Assembly (NCBI GenBank): GCA_049678185.1
Contig: JBAUDS010000025.1
Location: 8,016-72,015, forward strand
Direction of reading: 5' to 3'
DNA length: 64,000 bases
Source: Thermoanaerobaculia bacterium
GTDB taxonomy: Bacteria > Acidobacteriota > Thermoanaerobaculia > Multivoradales > JAHEKO01
Shown here: positions 52,754 to 62,526 of the stretch, one piece after another
Layout of the letters: the number at the start of each line of letters is the position of its first letter
How positions within the stretch are numbered: position 1 is the stretch's first letter
Made by a program: the position numbers and the translations under genes
The notes under the pieces: model-generated
Seen by the model: the letters and a program-made list of their open reading frames with translations, nothing else
The model's database searches: none
What the model was told of the DNA's origin: nothing

Positions 52754-53401
52754 ATGAGGTCGGGACGCCTCTGGATCGCGATCATCCTGTGCGCCACGGC
52801 GAGCGGTGCCCAGGTCAAGATGAAGATCCTCGAGGACGGTTCCAAGATGTTCTACAACGATCCGCCCCGTCGTCCGGTCGCGGCCAACACCCGTACTGCT
52901 CCTCGCCCGTCGGTGGAGATCGACGAGCTCATCGAGATCCACTCCGAGCGCGCCCGTCTCGACCCGAAGTTGGTGCGAGCGGTTATCCAGGTAGAGTCGG
53001 GATTCAGCCCCGTTGCCCTCTCAGACAAGGGGGCGATGGGGTTGATGCAGCTGATGCCGGATACGGCGGATAGATATGCGGTGGTCGATCCCTACAATCC
53101 CGACGAGAACATCGGTGCGGGGACCACATACCTGCGTTGGCTGCTGGACGAGCTTGGCGACGAGCTCGAGCTGGCGCTGGCCGGATACAATGCAGGTCCG
53201 ACGGCGGTCAGACAGTTTGGGGGCATACCGCCATATCCGGAGACGATGGCCTACGTAGAGAGGGTGTTGAGAATCTACTGGAACGAGCCCGACTATTCGC
53301 TCAACGGCTCGCAGCAGGTGCGGCTGGGTCGAAAGACCTATCTGGTGCGAGACGCGAGCGGTCAGTTGGTGATGACCACGACACCCCCGGCAACCGACTG
53401 A
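52754..53401 (+). CDS. Lytic transglycosylase (Slt/goose-lysozyme-like domain)
   Basis: A signal peptide is present. The catalytic block is AVIQVESGFSPVALSDKGAMGLMQLMPDTA, followed by AGYNAGP. Confidence 0.8.
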   Translation: MRSGRLWIAIILCATASGAQVKMKILEDGSKMFYNDPPRRPVAANTRTAPRPSVEIDELIEIHSERARLDPKLVRAVIQVESGFSPVALSDKGAMGLMQLMPDTADRYAVVDPYNPDENIGAGTTYLRWLLDELGDELELALAGYNAGPTAVRQFGGIPPYPETMAYVERVLRIYWNEPDYSLNGSQQVRLGRKTYLVRDASGQLVMTTTPPATD

Positions 53402-53441
53402 AATCGACCGATTGGAACACGGTCTCAGGGGAGGTATCTAG

Positions 53442-54029
53442 ATTTCCATCCACCGCGCCAATCTGAATCTGCCCAACTTTCTTTCGTTCTTCCGCATCCT
53501 GATGGTGCCGCTGCTGGTCGTGGTGTTGCTGACCAAGTTCGAGGGCAAGGAGTGGGTCGGCCTCGGGGTATTTCTGCTGGCTTCGCTGACCGACTTTCTG
53601 GACGGCTTTATCGCCCGACGCAAGAAACAGGTAACCCAGCTGGGCAAGCTTCTCGACCCCGCCGCTGACAAGCTACTGACCTCTGCCGCCTTCATCTCTC
53701 TGGTGGAGCTGGGCCTGGCCCCTGCCTGGATGGTGGTGGTGATCATCGCCCGGGAATTCGGTGTTTCGTCGCTGCGCAGCATGGCCGCCGCCGAGAATGT
53801 CGTTCTGGCGGCGATCCCATCGGCCAAGCTCAAGACGGGATTGCAGATCGTCGCCATCTCGCTGCTGATCCTCAACAAGCAACTGGGGGAGTTCGAGCAC
53901 CTCGCCCCGGTCTTCCTGTGGCTGGCTCTACTGGCCAGCGTCTATTCAGGGGTGGAGTATCTCGTCCGCTACACTCCGCTGATCTTGAGAGGCAACCCCG
54001 AGAACGGCGAGTCGTCTCCGCCTGAATGA
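53442..54029 (+). CDS. pgsA: CDP-diacylglycerol--glycerol-3-phosphate 3-phosphatidyltransferase, probable non-canonical (ATT) start
   Basis: The CDP-alcohol motif is DFLDGFIARRKKQVTQLGKLLDPAADK. The conserved N-terminal NLPNFLSFFRI is encoded upstream of the first ATG (53502). GGAGG at 53430-53434 lies 7 nt before the ATT at 53442, which directly follows an in-frame TAG. Confidence 0.75.
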   Translation: MSIHRANLNLPNFLSFFRILMVPLLVVVLLTKFEGKEWVGLGVFLLASLTDFLDGFIARRKKQVTQLGKLLDPAADKLLTSAAFISLVELGLAPAWMVVVIIAREFGVSSLRSMAAAENVVLAAIPSAKLKTGLQIVAISLLILNKQLGEFEHLAPVFLWLALLASVYSGVEYLVRYTPLILRGNPENGESSPPE

Positions 54030-56623
54030 AACCCGTCTCCACACGTCCCATCCTCCAGTCGCTGGCTCTCTGGGCCCGACATCGATATCGATCGATCTTT
54101 CTGGTCACGGCGGCGCTGTTCCTCGTATCGCTCTGGCTGGCAGCGCAGCTCCGCTTCGACACTGACGTCCTGGATCTGCTGCCGCAGAAAGAGCCGGCAG
54201 TCGTGAACTTCCGGCAGGCGCTGGAGGAATTTGGCAGTGCCGACGTGCTCCTGGTGGTGATCAGGGTACCCCCGGATGCCGCGCTCGCTCCCTATGAGGT
54301 CCTTGTCGACCGTCTGGGCGAGCGGCTCGAAGAGACGGATTTATTTTCTCAAGTCGACTACAAGATCGGCGGGATGAGCGAGCTGTTGGAGGGCTTTTTT
54401 CCCTCGGCCCTGCTGTTCCTCGATGAAGAGGGGAGACGGGAGCTGACCGCAAAGCTCGAGGATCCAGCGCTGCGCGACCGGGTCCGTGAGTTGCGACGCC
54501 TGGTGTCCACCCCGCAGGCGATCGCCATCAAGAAGTTGATGATGCTCGATCCGCTCGGCGTATCAGAGGTCTTTCTCGGCCGCCTGAGCAGCACCCGAGC
54601 GGGACTGTCGCTGGATTGGGCAAGCGGTTATTTCCTGTCTCGCGATCGGCAGATGCTGCTGATCCTGGCCAAGCCCACCAAGTCGGCGCAGAACGTCGAC
54701 TTTGCCAAGATGCTCGTTGCCGTCGTCGACGGAGAGATCGATGCTGTGCGCGAGGAGTGGGGTGATTTCACAGGGCCGGCCGCCGGCGCTCCGCCCGAAG
54801 TCGTCCTCGGGGGACGATACGTGGTCGCTCTCGGCGACGACACCATCATTCGGCGGGACGCGATTACCAACATTCTCACTTCCATGATCGGTGTCCTCAC
54901 GCTGTTTCTGTTCGCCTTTCGTCGCTTTGGTCTGCTGATCTACGCTTTTGTGCCGCTCTGCTTCGGTCTGGCCATGACCTTTGGTCTCTCGGCCCTGCTC
55001 TATGGAGGGTTGAGTGCCGCCACCAGTGGGGTGGCCGCTCTGCTCATCGGTCTGGGCATCGACTTCGTCATCGTCTCCTACGGGCGTTACGTGGAGGAGC
55101 GGCAGGCCGGTGTCGGGCTGTCGGAGGCCTTGGCTCGAATGAGCGGCTCCTCGGGAAGAGCGGTAGTGGTCGGAGGAGTGACCAGCGCCGCTACCTTCTT
55201 CTCATTTGGCGTCACCGATTTCACCGGTCTCTATCAGATGGGGTATCTCACCGGGGTGGGGATTCTCTGCTGCATGGCGGCGGTATTGGTGCTGTTGCCG
55301 GCGATGCTGGCCTGGAGTGAGGACCATCACGAGCAGCGCCGCGAGCAGGGCCCGAACCTCTTTCTGCACGGGCTGGGGAGCGCCCGCTTGATCCGGGCCT
55401 CCCTCAGGCGGCCGTGGATCGTAATGGCTCTGGCTCTGCTGATCACTCTGGTAGCCGGCCGGCTGGCGGTCGAGATCCGGTTCGACGACAGTGTCCAGGC
55501 CATGCGACCCTCGGGCAACCCAGGTGTGACTATCCGGGACGAAGTCGCCGAGCGGTTTGGCCGCGGGTTCGACCAGATGATGCTGGTGATTACCGGCAGC
55601 TCGGAAAGCGAAGTCCTGGAGTCATCGGGTCGTGCGGCGGCAGGTGCGCGGCAGTTGGTCGAAGACGGCGTGCTGACCGGCTACGATTCCGTGGATTCGA
55701 TGATTCCGCCGCCCGAGCAGCAACGCGAGGCGCTCGCCTGGCTCGTGGAGGGACGTGACTCCGAGCTCGCGGTCGCCCGCATCAGGAAGACCTTTGCCGA
55801 GGTCGCGGCAGAGGAGGGCTTGCGGATGGAGCCCTTCGAGGCGGGCCTGGATCTGTTTGCGCAGGCGGTCTCGCGTTCTCGCCCACTCGGCACCGACGAC
55901 TTCGAGGATTTCCCACAGGCTCAGAAGCTCCTCCGGCGCTATCTACTAGCAGACGAGAACGGCTGGAAGAGTGTGGTCTATCTCTACCCCCCCGCAAAGG
56001 TCTGGCGCCGTGAGCCCCCACCAGCAGCCGAACGGCTGGCTGACGACCTCGGCCCCCGGGCTGTTCTCACCGGTGCCAACGTGATGAGTCGCATCCTGCG
56101 TCAGCGAGTCCTCAACGACGCCGTGGTGGCCGCCATTCTGGGATTCGTCTTGGTGGCGGTTCTACTGTGGCTCGACTACCGGAGGATCGGTGACACGGTT
56201 ATCTCGCTGGCACCGTTGTTGGTCGGGATCCTGTGGATGCTGGGTGGGATGGTGGCTCTCGGCGAGTCGATGAACTTCATGAACATCTTTGTCACCACCA
56301 TGATCATCGGCATCGGGGTCGATTACGGCGTGCACATGATCCACCGCTTCCGCGAGCTCTCATCGGCGAGCGACGAGGAGCTCAACGCCGGTCTGGTAGA
56401 GACGGGAAAAGCCATCGTACTCGCCGCGCTGTCCACCACCATCGGCTTTGGCTCGCTCTCCTTTTCCCACTATCCCGGGCTGCGATCGATGGGTAAGGTG
56501 GCGATTCTGGGTGCCATCGCTTCGGCGTTGGTGGCCGTCACCGTGCTGCCGGCTTATCTGGCACTGGTCCGCAAGCGATCCGCAAGGTTGGCGGCTAGCC
56601 AACCACCTCGTGGACCCGCATGA
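54026..56623 (+). CDS. MMPL/RND-superfamily membrane transporter (HpnN-like)
   Basis: Two blocks of about 6 TM helices each follow a large soluble loop, the typical MMPL layout (LLIGLGIDFVIV, MIIGIGVDYGVHMIHRF). The start overlaps the pgsA stop (ATGA). Confidence 0.8.
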   Translation: MKPVSTRPILQSLALWARHRYRSIFLVTAALFLVSLWLAAQLRFDTDVLDLLPQKEPAVVNFRQALEEFGSADVLLVVIRVPPDAALAPYEVLVDRLGERLEETDLFSQVDYKIGGMSELLEGFFPSALLFLDEEGRRELTAKLEDPALRDRVRELRRLVSTPQAIAIKKLMMLDPLGVSEVFLGRLSSTRAGLSLDWASGYFLSRDRQMLLILAKPTKSAQNVDFAKMLVAVVDGEIDAVREEWGDFTGPAAGAPPEVVLGGRYVVALGDDTIIRRDAITNILTSMIGVLTLFLFAFRRFGLLIYAFVPLCFGLAMTFGLSALLYGGLSAATSGVAALLIGLGIDFVIVSYGRYVEERQAGVGLSEALARMSGSSGRAVVVGGVTSAATFFSFGVTDFTGLYQMGYLTGVGILCCMAAVLVLLPAMLAWSEDHHEQRREQGPNLFLHGLGSARLIRASLRRPWIVMALALLITLVAGRLAVEIRFDDSVQAMRPSGNPGVTIRDEVAERFGRGFDQMMLVITGSSESEVLESSGRAAAGARQLVEDGVLTGYDSVDSMIPPPEQQREALAWLVEGRDSELAVARIRKTFAEVAAEEGLRMEPFEAGLDLFAQAVSRSRPLGTDDFEDFPQAQKLLRRYLLADENGWKSVVYLYPPAKVWRREPPPAAERLADDLGPRAVLTGANVMSRILRQRVLNDAVVAAILGFVLVAVLLWLDYRRIGDTVISLAPLLVGILWMLGGMVALGESMNFMNIFVTTMIIGIGVDYGVHMIHRFRELSSASDEELNAGLVETGKAIVLAALSTTIGFGSLSFSHYPGLRSMGKVAILGAIASALVAVTVLPAYLALVRKRSARLAASQPPRGPA

Positions 56624-58076
56624 GATTGGTGCGGGGACGATCCTGGAGGGGCTCGCCCATGAGGATGACGACGCGGTCCCCGGTCTCGACCAGACCCTGC
56701 GCCAGCAGGTGCCGCTCGAGCACCTGCACCAGCTGACTGTGGTGCTCCAACTCCTCGCTGACGAGCAGCGGCCGTGTCCCCCAGATGAGCTGCACGCGGC
56801 GAGCCGTCTCGATGTTGTTGGTGCAAACGGCGATCGGATTGGCAGGGCGAAACCGGGCCACCAGGCGGGCGGTGAAGCCGGTCTGGCTAAAGGCGACGAT
56901 ACAGCGAACGCCGAGGCGTCGAGCAGTGATCACCGCGGCTTCGGCAACAGCATCGGGAATCTCGGTGGGTATCCTGTCGCTGGCTTGCGAGGCGACATCG
57001 ATGGCTGCCCGGAAGAGCTCCAGCGCCGCCCGGTCGACGCCCCCGGCCACATTTCTCAACGCCTGGTGGCGGCTGGCCTCGTAGCCTTCGGCCTGCTGGA
57101 TGATCCGCGCCATGGTCTCGACGGCCTGGACCGGATAGTGGCCGGCCGCGGTCTCACCGGAGAGCATGAGCGCGTCGGCACCCTCGAAGACCGCGTTGGC
57201 GATGTCCGAGGACTCGGCGCGGCTGGGTCGCGGGTGCTCCATCATCGACTCCAACATCTGGGTGGCGACAATGATCGGCTTGGAGAGCCGCCGCCCGGCA
57301 TCGACGATCCTCTTCTGGAGCACGGGAACGGTATCCAACGGAACTTCTACTCCTAGATCGCCCCGCGCCACCATGGAGGCGTCGGCCGCGGCGACAATCT
57401 CATCCAGATGCTCCACCGCCAAGGCCCGCTCCAGCTTGGCCACCAGCAGCTGGTCGCCCCCGGCGCGGTGGACCTCTTGTCTCACCGCCTCGACGTCGGC
57501 GGCGCTGCCCACATAGCTGGCGGCGAAGTAGTCGACCCCCTCCGCGACCGCCAAACGGATGTCATCGCGGTCCTTGGTGGAGACGGTGAAGGGTAGATCG
57601 GTGTCCGGGAGGTTGATCCCCTTGCGAGTGGCGATCAGACCGCCGCTCGTGACCCGGGCGCGAAGCGTCTCCCCATCTCGCTCCTCGATCTCCAGTTCCA
57701 CCAGGCCGTTGTCGATCAGTACCCTTTCGCCGGGTTGCAGATAGGTGAGCAGCCGGCTGTCGTCGATCGGCACCTCGGCGCCCGTCGTCGGCGCACCCAG
57801 TGTCACTTGTTGGCCATCGCTCAGAGTGCGACCCTCGTCGGGGAGAGAGCCGAGACGAAATCGCGGACCCATGAGATCCGCGATGATGGGCACCAGCCGG
57901 TCTTCCTCGCCGGCCACCTGGCGGACGAGCTGTATCAGGCGGTGGTGATCCTCGCGACTGCCGTGGGAGAGATTGAGGCGGACGACATCGACTCCCGCCC
58001 GCAGCAGCCGCCGCAGCGTCTCGGCGCTACCCGAGGCCGGACCCAGTGTCGCCACGATTTTCGCCCGTCGTGCCAT
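56595..58076 (-). CDS. pyk: Pyruvate kinase
   Basis: Contains RRAKIVATLGPAS, RLNLSHG, MVARGDLGVE and SGETAAG. Confidence 0.9.
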   Translation of the reverse strand: MARRAKIVATLGPASGSAETLRRLLRAGVDVVRLNLSHGSREDHHRLIQLVRQVAGEEDRLVPIIADLMGPRFRLGSLPDEGRTLSDGQQVTLGAPTTGAEVPIDDSRLLTYLQPGERVLIDNGLVELEIEERDGETLRARVTSGGLIATRKGINLPDTDLPFTVSTKDRDDIRLAVAEGVDYFAASYVGSAADVEAVRQEVHRAGGDQLLVAKLERALAVEHLDEIVAAADASMVARGDLGVEVPLDTVPVLQKRIVDAGRRLSKPIIVATQMLESMMEHPRPSRAESSDIANAVFEGADALMLSGETAAGHYPVQAVETMARIIQQAEGYEASRHQALRNVAGGVDRAALELFRAAIDVASQASDRIPTEIPDAVAEAAVITARRLGVRCIVAFSQTGFTARLVARFRPANPIAVCTNNIETARRVQLIWGTRPLLVSEELEHHSQLVQVLERHLLAQGLVETGDRVVILMGEPLQDRPRTNLMRVHEVVG

Positions 58077-58143
58077 GGGCAGTGAGTATAGCCAGACGGG
58101 CTGCCAGTGTTACCATCGCGCTGCTCGATCAGGAGATTGAAGA

Positions 58144-59472
58144 GTGTTCGACGGACTTCAAACCAAGCTGCAGGACGTCTTCCGCCGCCTCAAGGGTGAG
58201 GGGCGGGTGTCGGAGGAGATCCTCCAGGGGGCGATGCGGGAGATCCGCTTGGCCCTGTTGGAGGCGGATGTCCACTTCAAAGTCGTCAAGACCTTCGTCG
58301 CGCGGGTTCGCGAGAGAGCACTCGGCCAGGATGTCCTCGACAGCCTGACACCGGCGCAACAGGTCATCAAGATCGTTCGCGACGAGTTGGTCGTCCTGCT
58401 GGGTGAAGCGGGGCGTGAGCTGGAGCTGACCGGGCGTCCGGCGGTGGTGTTGCTCTGTGGACTCCAGGGTTCCGGCAAGACGACGACCGCCGGCAAGCTG
58501 GCCAAGCGGCTGACCGAGCGGGGGCGGCATCCGCTGTTGGTGGCCGCCGACCTGCAGCGGGCGGCGGCGGTGGAGCAGCTCGTCCAGGTGGGCAGTGGTG
58601 TCGGTGTTCAGGTGCTGGAGCCGGCGGGGGAGGAGGACGTCATCCAAGTCGCCCGCCGCGCCGTCAAGGTGGCCGGCGAGCGGGGCCACGATGTAGTGAT
58701 CGTGGACACCGCCGGCCGGCTACATATCGATGAGGCGCTGATGGCGGAGATCCGGCAGCTCGCAGAAGTGCTGGAGCCGAGTGAGACTTTGTTCGTTGCC
58801 GATGCTATGACCGGCCAGGATGCGGTCAGGAGTGCCCAGGAGTTTGCCAGCTCACTTCAAATCACCGGTGTCGTTCTCACCAAGCTGGATGGCGATACGC
58901 GGGGTGGGGCCGCACTGTCGATCCGCAGCGTCGCCAATGTCCCGATTCGTCTCCTGGGGGTGGGGGAGAAGGCGGAGGATCTAGAGCTCTTTCATCCCGA
59001 GCGGATGGCTTCCCGGATCCTGGGTATGGGCGATGTCCTGTCGCTCATCGAGAAGGCCGAAGAGGGGCTGGATACCGACGAAACCCAGCGGCTGGCGGAG
59101 CGAATCGCGCGGCAGGAGTTCACCTTGGAGGACCTCCGCGACCAGCTGCGCCAGATGCGCCGGTTGGGTCCTCTCGCCCAGATAATGGAGATGCTCCCCC
59201 GGGCCGGACCGCTCAAGGGCCTCGATGCGAGCATGATCGATGAGAGCCAGCTGACCCGCGTGGAGGCGATCATCAGCTCCATGACTCCTCTGGAGCGTCG
59301 CCGACCGACCGTTCTCAACGCCAGCCGCAAGCGCCGGATTGCCCGCGGCTCGGGAGTGCGGGTACAGGATGTAAATCAGCTGGTCAAGCAATATCGCGGC
59401 ATGCAGCGGATGCTCAAGGGGGTTCAGGGCAAGTGGCTGAAAAAGGCTCTCGGCGGCCGCGCCGGGCGCTAG
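58144..59472 (+). CDS. ffh: Signal recognition particle protein Ffh (GTG start)
   Basis: Contains MFDGLQTKLQDVFRRLKG, GLQGSGKTTTAGKLA, DTAGRL and the M-domain RIARGSG. Confidence 0.95.
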   Translation: MFDGLQTKLQDVFRRLKGEGRVSEEILQGAMREIRLALLEADVHFKVVKTFVARVRERALGQDVLDSLTPAQQVIKIVRDELVVLLGEAGRELELTGRPAVVLLCGLQGSGKTTTAGKLAKRLTERGRHPLLVAADLQRAAAVEQLVQVGSGVGVQVLEPAGEEDVIQVARRAVKVAGERGHDVVIVDTAGRLHIDEALMAEIRQLAEVLEPSETLFVADAMTGQDAVRSAQEFASSLQITGVVLTKLDGDTRGGAALSIRSVANVPIRLLGVGEKAEDLELFHPERMASRILGMGDVLSLIEKAEEGLDTDETQRLAERIARQEFTLEDLRDQLRQMRRLGPLAQIMEMLPRAGPLKGLDASMIDESQLTRVEAIISSMTPLERRRPTVLNASRKRRIARGSGVRVQDVNQLVKQYRGMQRMLKGVQGKWLKKALGGRAGR

Positions 59473-59597
59473 CCAAGCGAATACTGGCGTTGCTGCGCCG
59501 ATAACTGGTAGAATCTGTCGTTTCGAGCACCCAATGGGCCGGCCGCTGGCCGCCTCGGGGGTGTGTGCATTCAGGTTACAAGGATATTGGAGGTTGT

Positions 59598-59849
59598 ATG
59601 TTGAAGATACGCCTGAGCCGGAGGGGAGCGCGCAACAAGCCGTTCTACCGGATCGTGGTCTCGGACTCGCGCCGGGTGCCGACCGCCTCGGCCCTCGACG
59701 AGGTCGGCTACTACAATCCGCGCTCCAACCCGGCCGAGATCAAGATCGACGGCGCACGGGTGGAGCACTGGGTACAACGTGGTGCCCGGCTCACCCCGAC
59801 CGTCAAAAAGCTCCTCCGTCAGCAAACAGAGGCTCCAGCGCAGCAGTGA
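59598..59849 (+). CDS. rpsP: 30S ribosomal protein S16
   Basis: MLKIRLSRRGARNKPFYRIVV, with the SD GGAGG 5 nt upstream. Confidence 0.95.
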   Translation: MLKIRLSRRGARNKPFYRIVVSDSRRVPTASALDEVGYYNPRSNPAEIKIDGARVEHWVQRGARLTPTVKKLLRQQTEAPAQQ

Positions 59850-60088
59850 CATCAGCGCGCGAATCACTCGTCCGCCTTGTCGGTCTGATGGTCGATGAGC
59901 CAGACCAGGTCGCTGTCGAGGAGATCTCCGGACGCGAGTCCATTCTGTTCGAGCTGGAGGTCGCCGAAGAGGACTTGGGCAAAGTCATCGGACGGCAGGG
60001 AAGGACTGTACGGGCCATCCGCTCGCTTCTAGCTGCTCGCGGTTCTCGGGACGGCGAGCACTATGAGTTCGAAATCATCGAAGACTGA
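59846..60088 (+). CDS. KH-domain RNA-binding protein (YlqC-like)
   Basis: The GTG at 59846 overlaps the rpsP stop. The KH motif is LGKVIGRQGRTVRAIRSLL. The position between rpsP and rimM is conserved. Confidence 0.75.
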   Translation: MTSARESLVRLVGLMVDEPDQVAVEEISGRESILFELEVAEEDLGKVIGRQGRTVRAIRSLLAARGSRDGEHYEFEIIED

Positions 60089-60629
60089 TCCATCCAGATC
60101 GCTTCCGGAAACCGTTGTGGTGGCCACGGTACGACGGCCACATGGCCTGCGGGGAGAGGTACTGGTGGACCTGCAGAGCGATGTGCCGGGGCGGCTGGCC
60201 CCCGGCGACCGCATCGAGGTGGTCTCGAGCAACGGCGACAGGAGCGTCGCGAAGGTCAGGGAGCGCCGCCAGCACACACGCGGAACCCTGATACGGCTGG
60301 AAGGGGTCGATGATCGGAGCCAGGCCGATTTGCTCAGAGGTGCACTATTCGAGGTGCAGCGCCATGAGACACCACCGGCGCCTGATGGTAGCTACTACTA
60401 CTTCGAGCTCGTCGGGTGTCGGTGTGTCGACAGTCGAAAGGGTGAGCTCGGGCAGGTTACCGGAGTCGTCGAAGATGGTGGCGGGCTCATCCTGGAGGTC
60501 AGCGACGGTCGGCAGCAGGTTTTGATCCCCTTTGTCCGGGACTACGTTCGCACCCTCGATGTCGTCGACGGTCGAATAGAGCTCGAGCTGCCCGAAGGGC
60601 TTTTAGAAGCATGCGCATCGACGTCATAA
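60063..60629 (+). CDS. rimM: 16S rRNA processing protein RimM
   Basis: VATVRRPHGLRGEV is present, and a PRC-barrel C-terminus follows. The start is uncertain because it overlaps the KH gene by 26 nt. Confidence 0.8.
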   Translation: MSSKSSKTDPSRSLPETVVVATVRRPHGLRGEVLVDLQSDVPGRLAPGDRIEVVSSNGDRSVAKVRERRQHTRGTLIRLEGVDDRSQADLLRGALFEVQRHETPPAPDGSYYYFELVGCRCVDSRKGELGQVTGVVEDGGGLILEVSDGRQQVLIPFVRDYVRTLDVVDGRIELELPEGLLEACASTS

Positions 60630-61414
60630 CGATTTTCCCCGAGCTGTTTGCCGGTTTCCTGGCCACGAGTCTGGTGGGCAGGGCGGTCGATGGTGGCCTG
60701 CTCGAGGCGACAGTGCACGATCTCCGGGATTTCACCTCCGACCGGCACAGATCGGTGGATGACGAGCCCTATGGTGGGGGAAGTGGCATGGTGATGATGG
60801 CGCCGCCATGGGTTCGAGCCGTGCAGGAGGTCGCCGGGGACGAACAGGTGTGGCGTGTCTTGTTGTCCCCGCAAGGGACCAGGCTCTCCGAAGCCAAGGT
60901 TTGCGAGCTGGCCGGTCGGGGTCGGCTGGTGTTGTTGTGCGGTCGATACGAGGGAATCGACGAACGGGTGACGGAGTCGGTGGTGGATGAGGAGATCTCG
61001 ATCGGGGATTATGTTCTGGCGGGCGGAGAGCTGCCCGCTATGGTGTTGATCGAGGCCCTCTCCCGGCAGATACCCGGGGTCGTCGGCAGCGAGGACTCGG
61101 TGATCGAGGACAGCTTCCGCCACGGCCTGCTGGATCATCCCCACTACACCAGGCCCCGGGAGGTGGAGGGACAGTTGGTTCCGGAGGTTCTCCTGTCGGG
61201 GGATCACGAGGCCATCAGGGTGTGGCGGGAGCGTATGGCGCTGCGCTCCACTTTGCGTAGGAGGCCGGATTTGCTGTCGAAGACCCGATTGACCGAGGCG
61301 CAGCGCCGGCAGCTCGAGGGCCTGATCGCCGAGGAGGGTCTACCCGTAGAGGAAACCCTGGCCCGTCTTGCCAGAGGCCAGTCAACGACCGATAATAGTG
61401 AGCTATCCCATTGA
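60611..61414 (+). CDS. trmD: tRNA (guanine37-N1)-methyltransferase
   Basis: Contains [38 protein letters not shown] and [13 protein letters not shown]. Confidence 0.9.
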   Translation: MRIDVITIFPELFAGFLATSLVGRAVDGGLLEATVHDLRDFTSDRHRSVDDEPYGGGSGMVMMAPPWVRAVQEVAGDEQVWRVLLSPQGTRLSEAKVCELAGRGRLVLLCGRYEGIDERVTESVVDEEISIGDYVLAGGELPAMVLIEALSRQIPGVVGSEDSVIEDSFRHGLLDHPHYTRPREVEGQLVPEVLLSGDHEAIRVWRERMALRSTLRRRPDLLSKTRLTEAQRRQLEGLIAEEGLPVEETLARLARGQSTTDNSELSH

Positions 61415-61448
61415 CAGTAGCTCAGAAGTCATTGAAGGTGAACGAGAT

Positions 61449-61823
61449 ATGAACAAGCTCCAAGAAGTCGAAAAAGAGTACCTGCGGCAGGATATTCCGG
61501 AATTTCGAGCTGGTGACACCTTGCGAGTCCATGTCAAGGTCTCAGAAGGGGACAAGCAGCGGATTCAGGTCTTCCAGGGGGTGGCCATCGCCCGTCGAGG
61601 GCGAGGCACCGGCGAGTCCTTTTCGGTGCGCAAGATCTCGGGGGGTGTCGGCGTGGAAAGGGTTTTTCCCCTGCATTCTCCTGTGATCGACAGGGTCGAG
61701 GTCGTCCGGCGTGGTCGGGTGCGACGAGCGAAGTTGTACTATTTGAGAAGCTTGCGAGGCAAAGCGGCTCGCATCGAAGAGCGCCGGGAGGACCGCCCGA
61801 AGGCTGTCGCCAGCGACAGCTGA
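61449..61823 (+). CDS. rplS: 50S ribosomal protein L19
   Basis: ATG at 61449 ([31 protein letters not shown]...ERIQVFQGV). The track start at 61368 overlaps trmD. Confidence 0.95.
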   Translation: MNKLQEVEKEYLRQDIPEFRAGDTLRVHVKVSEGDKQRIQVFQGVAIARRGRGTGESFSVRKISGGVGVERVFPLHSPVIDRVEVVRRGRVRRAKLYYLRSLRGKAARIEERREDRPKAVASDS

Positions 61824-61866
61824 GGCTCGAGCACCGGGATCTCACACAGATCGGAAGGAAATCTGG

Positions 61867-62526
61867 TTGGCGACTCTGGGACAGCTGATGGTAGAGAGCT
61901 ATCGGCTCCGCCTGCTCGGAGGGCTCGAGGGCTACCTACAAGCTTCGGGTTTTTCCAGGATAGCCGGTGTCGACGAGGCCGGGCGTGGCTGTCTCGCCGG
62001 TCCGGTCGTGGCGGCGGCCGTGATCGTGGATCCCTCGCTGCCCATCCCAGGAGTCGATGACAGCAAGGTGGTCAGCCCCGAGCGCCGGGAACGGCTGGCC
62101 GACCTCATCCGCACGACTGCGGTGGCGTGGTCGGTTGTCGAGGTGGCACCAGCGATCATCGATCGGATCAACATTCTCGAAGCCACGAAGCGGGCCATGG
62201 TCGAGGCTCTGGACGACCTCGATCCCGCCCCGGACTGTGTCCTGGTGGATGCGGTATCGCTACCGACGCGCCAGGCTCCCTGTCTGCCATTGATCCGCGG
62301 CGACAGCTTCAGCTATGCAATAGCCTGCGCCTCCATTCTGGCCAAAGTGGAGCGGGATCGCGGCATGCGCGAGCTCGACCGCGATTATCCTCAGTATGGC
62401 TTTGCCGACAACAAGGGTTACGGCGCCGAAGAACATCGGCGTGCGCTGGCCGAGTTCGGGCCCTCCCCGGCTCATCGTCTGACCTTCCGCTCGGTCCTGC
62501 CGAGAATCTCGGAGGCCAGTCGGTGA
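61867..62526 (+). CDS. rnhB: Ribonuclease HII (TTG start)
   Basis: Contains GVDEAGRGCLAGPVVAAAV, DSKV and ASILAKVERD. Confidence 0.9.
   Translation: MATLGQLMVESYRLRLLGGLEGYLQASGFSRIAGVDEAGRGCLAGPVVAAAVIVDPSLPIPGVDDSKVVSPERRERLADLIRTTAVAWSVVEVAPAIIDRINILEATKRAMVEALDDLDPAPDCVLVDAVSLPTRQAPCLPLIRGDSFSYAIACASILAKVERDRGMRELDRDYPQYGFADNKGYGAEEHRRALAEFGPSPAHRLTFRSVLPRISEASR

Noticed and set aside
59481-59510. Possible extended -10 promoter (TGGTAGAAT) upstream of rpsP.
   Set aside because: There is no acceptable -35 element (TTGCTG lies only 13 nt away). It may be real as an extended -10 promoter, but the evidence is too thin to list as a feature.
59534-60088. 184-aa plus-strand ORF spanning rpsP and the KH-domain gene.
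   Set aside because: It is out of frame with rpsP over its first half, where the translation is R/G-rich. Only the last 80 codons, from the GTG at 59846, correspond to the KH-domain protein.
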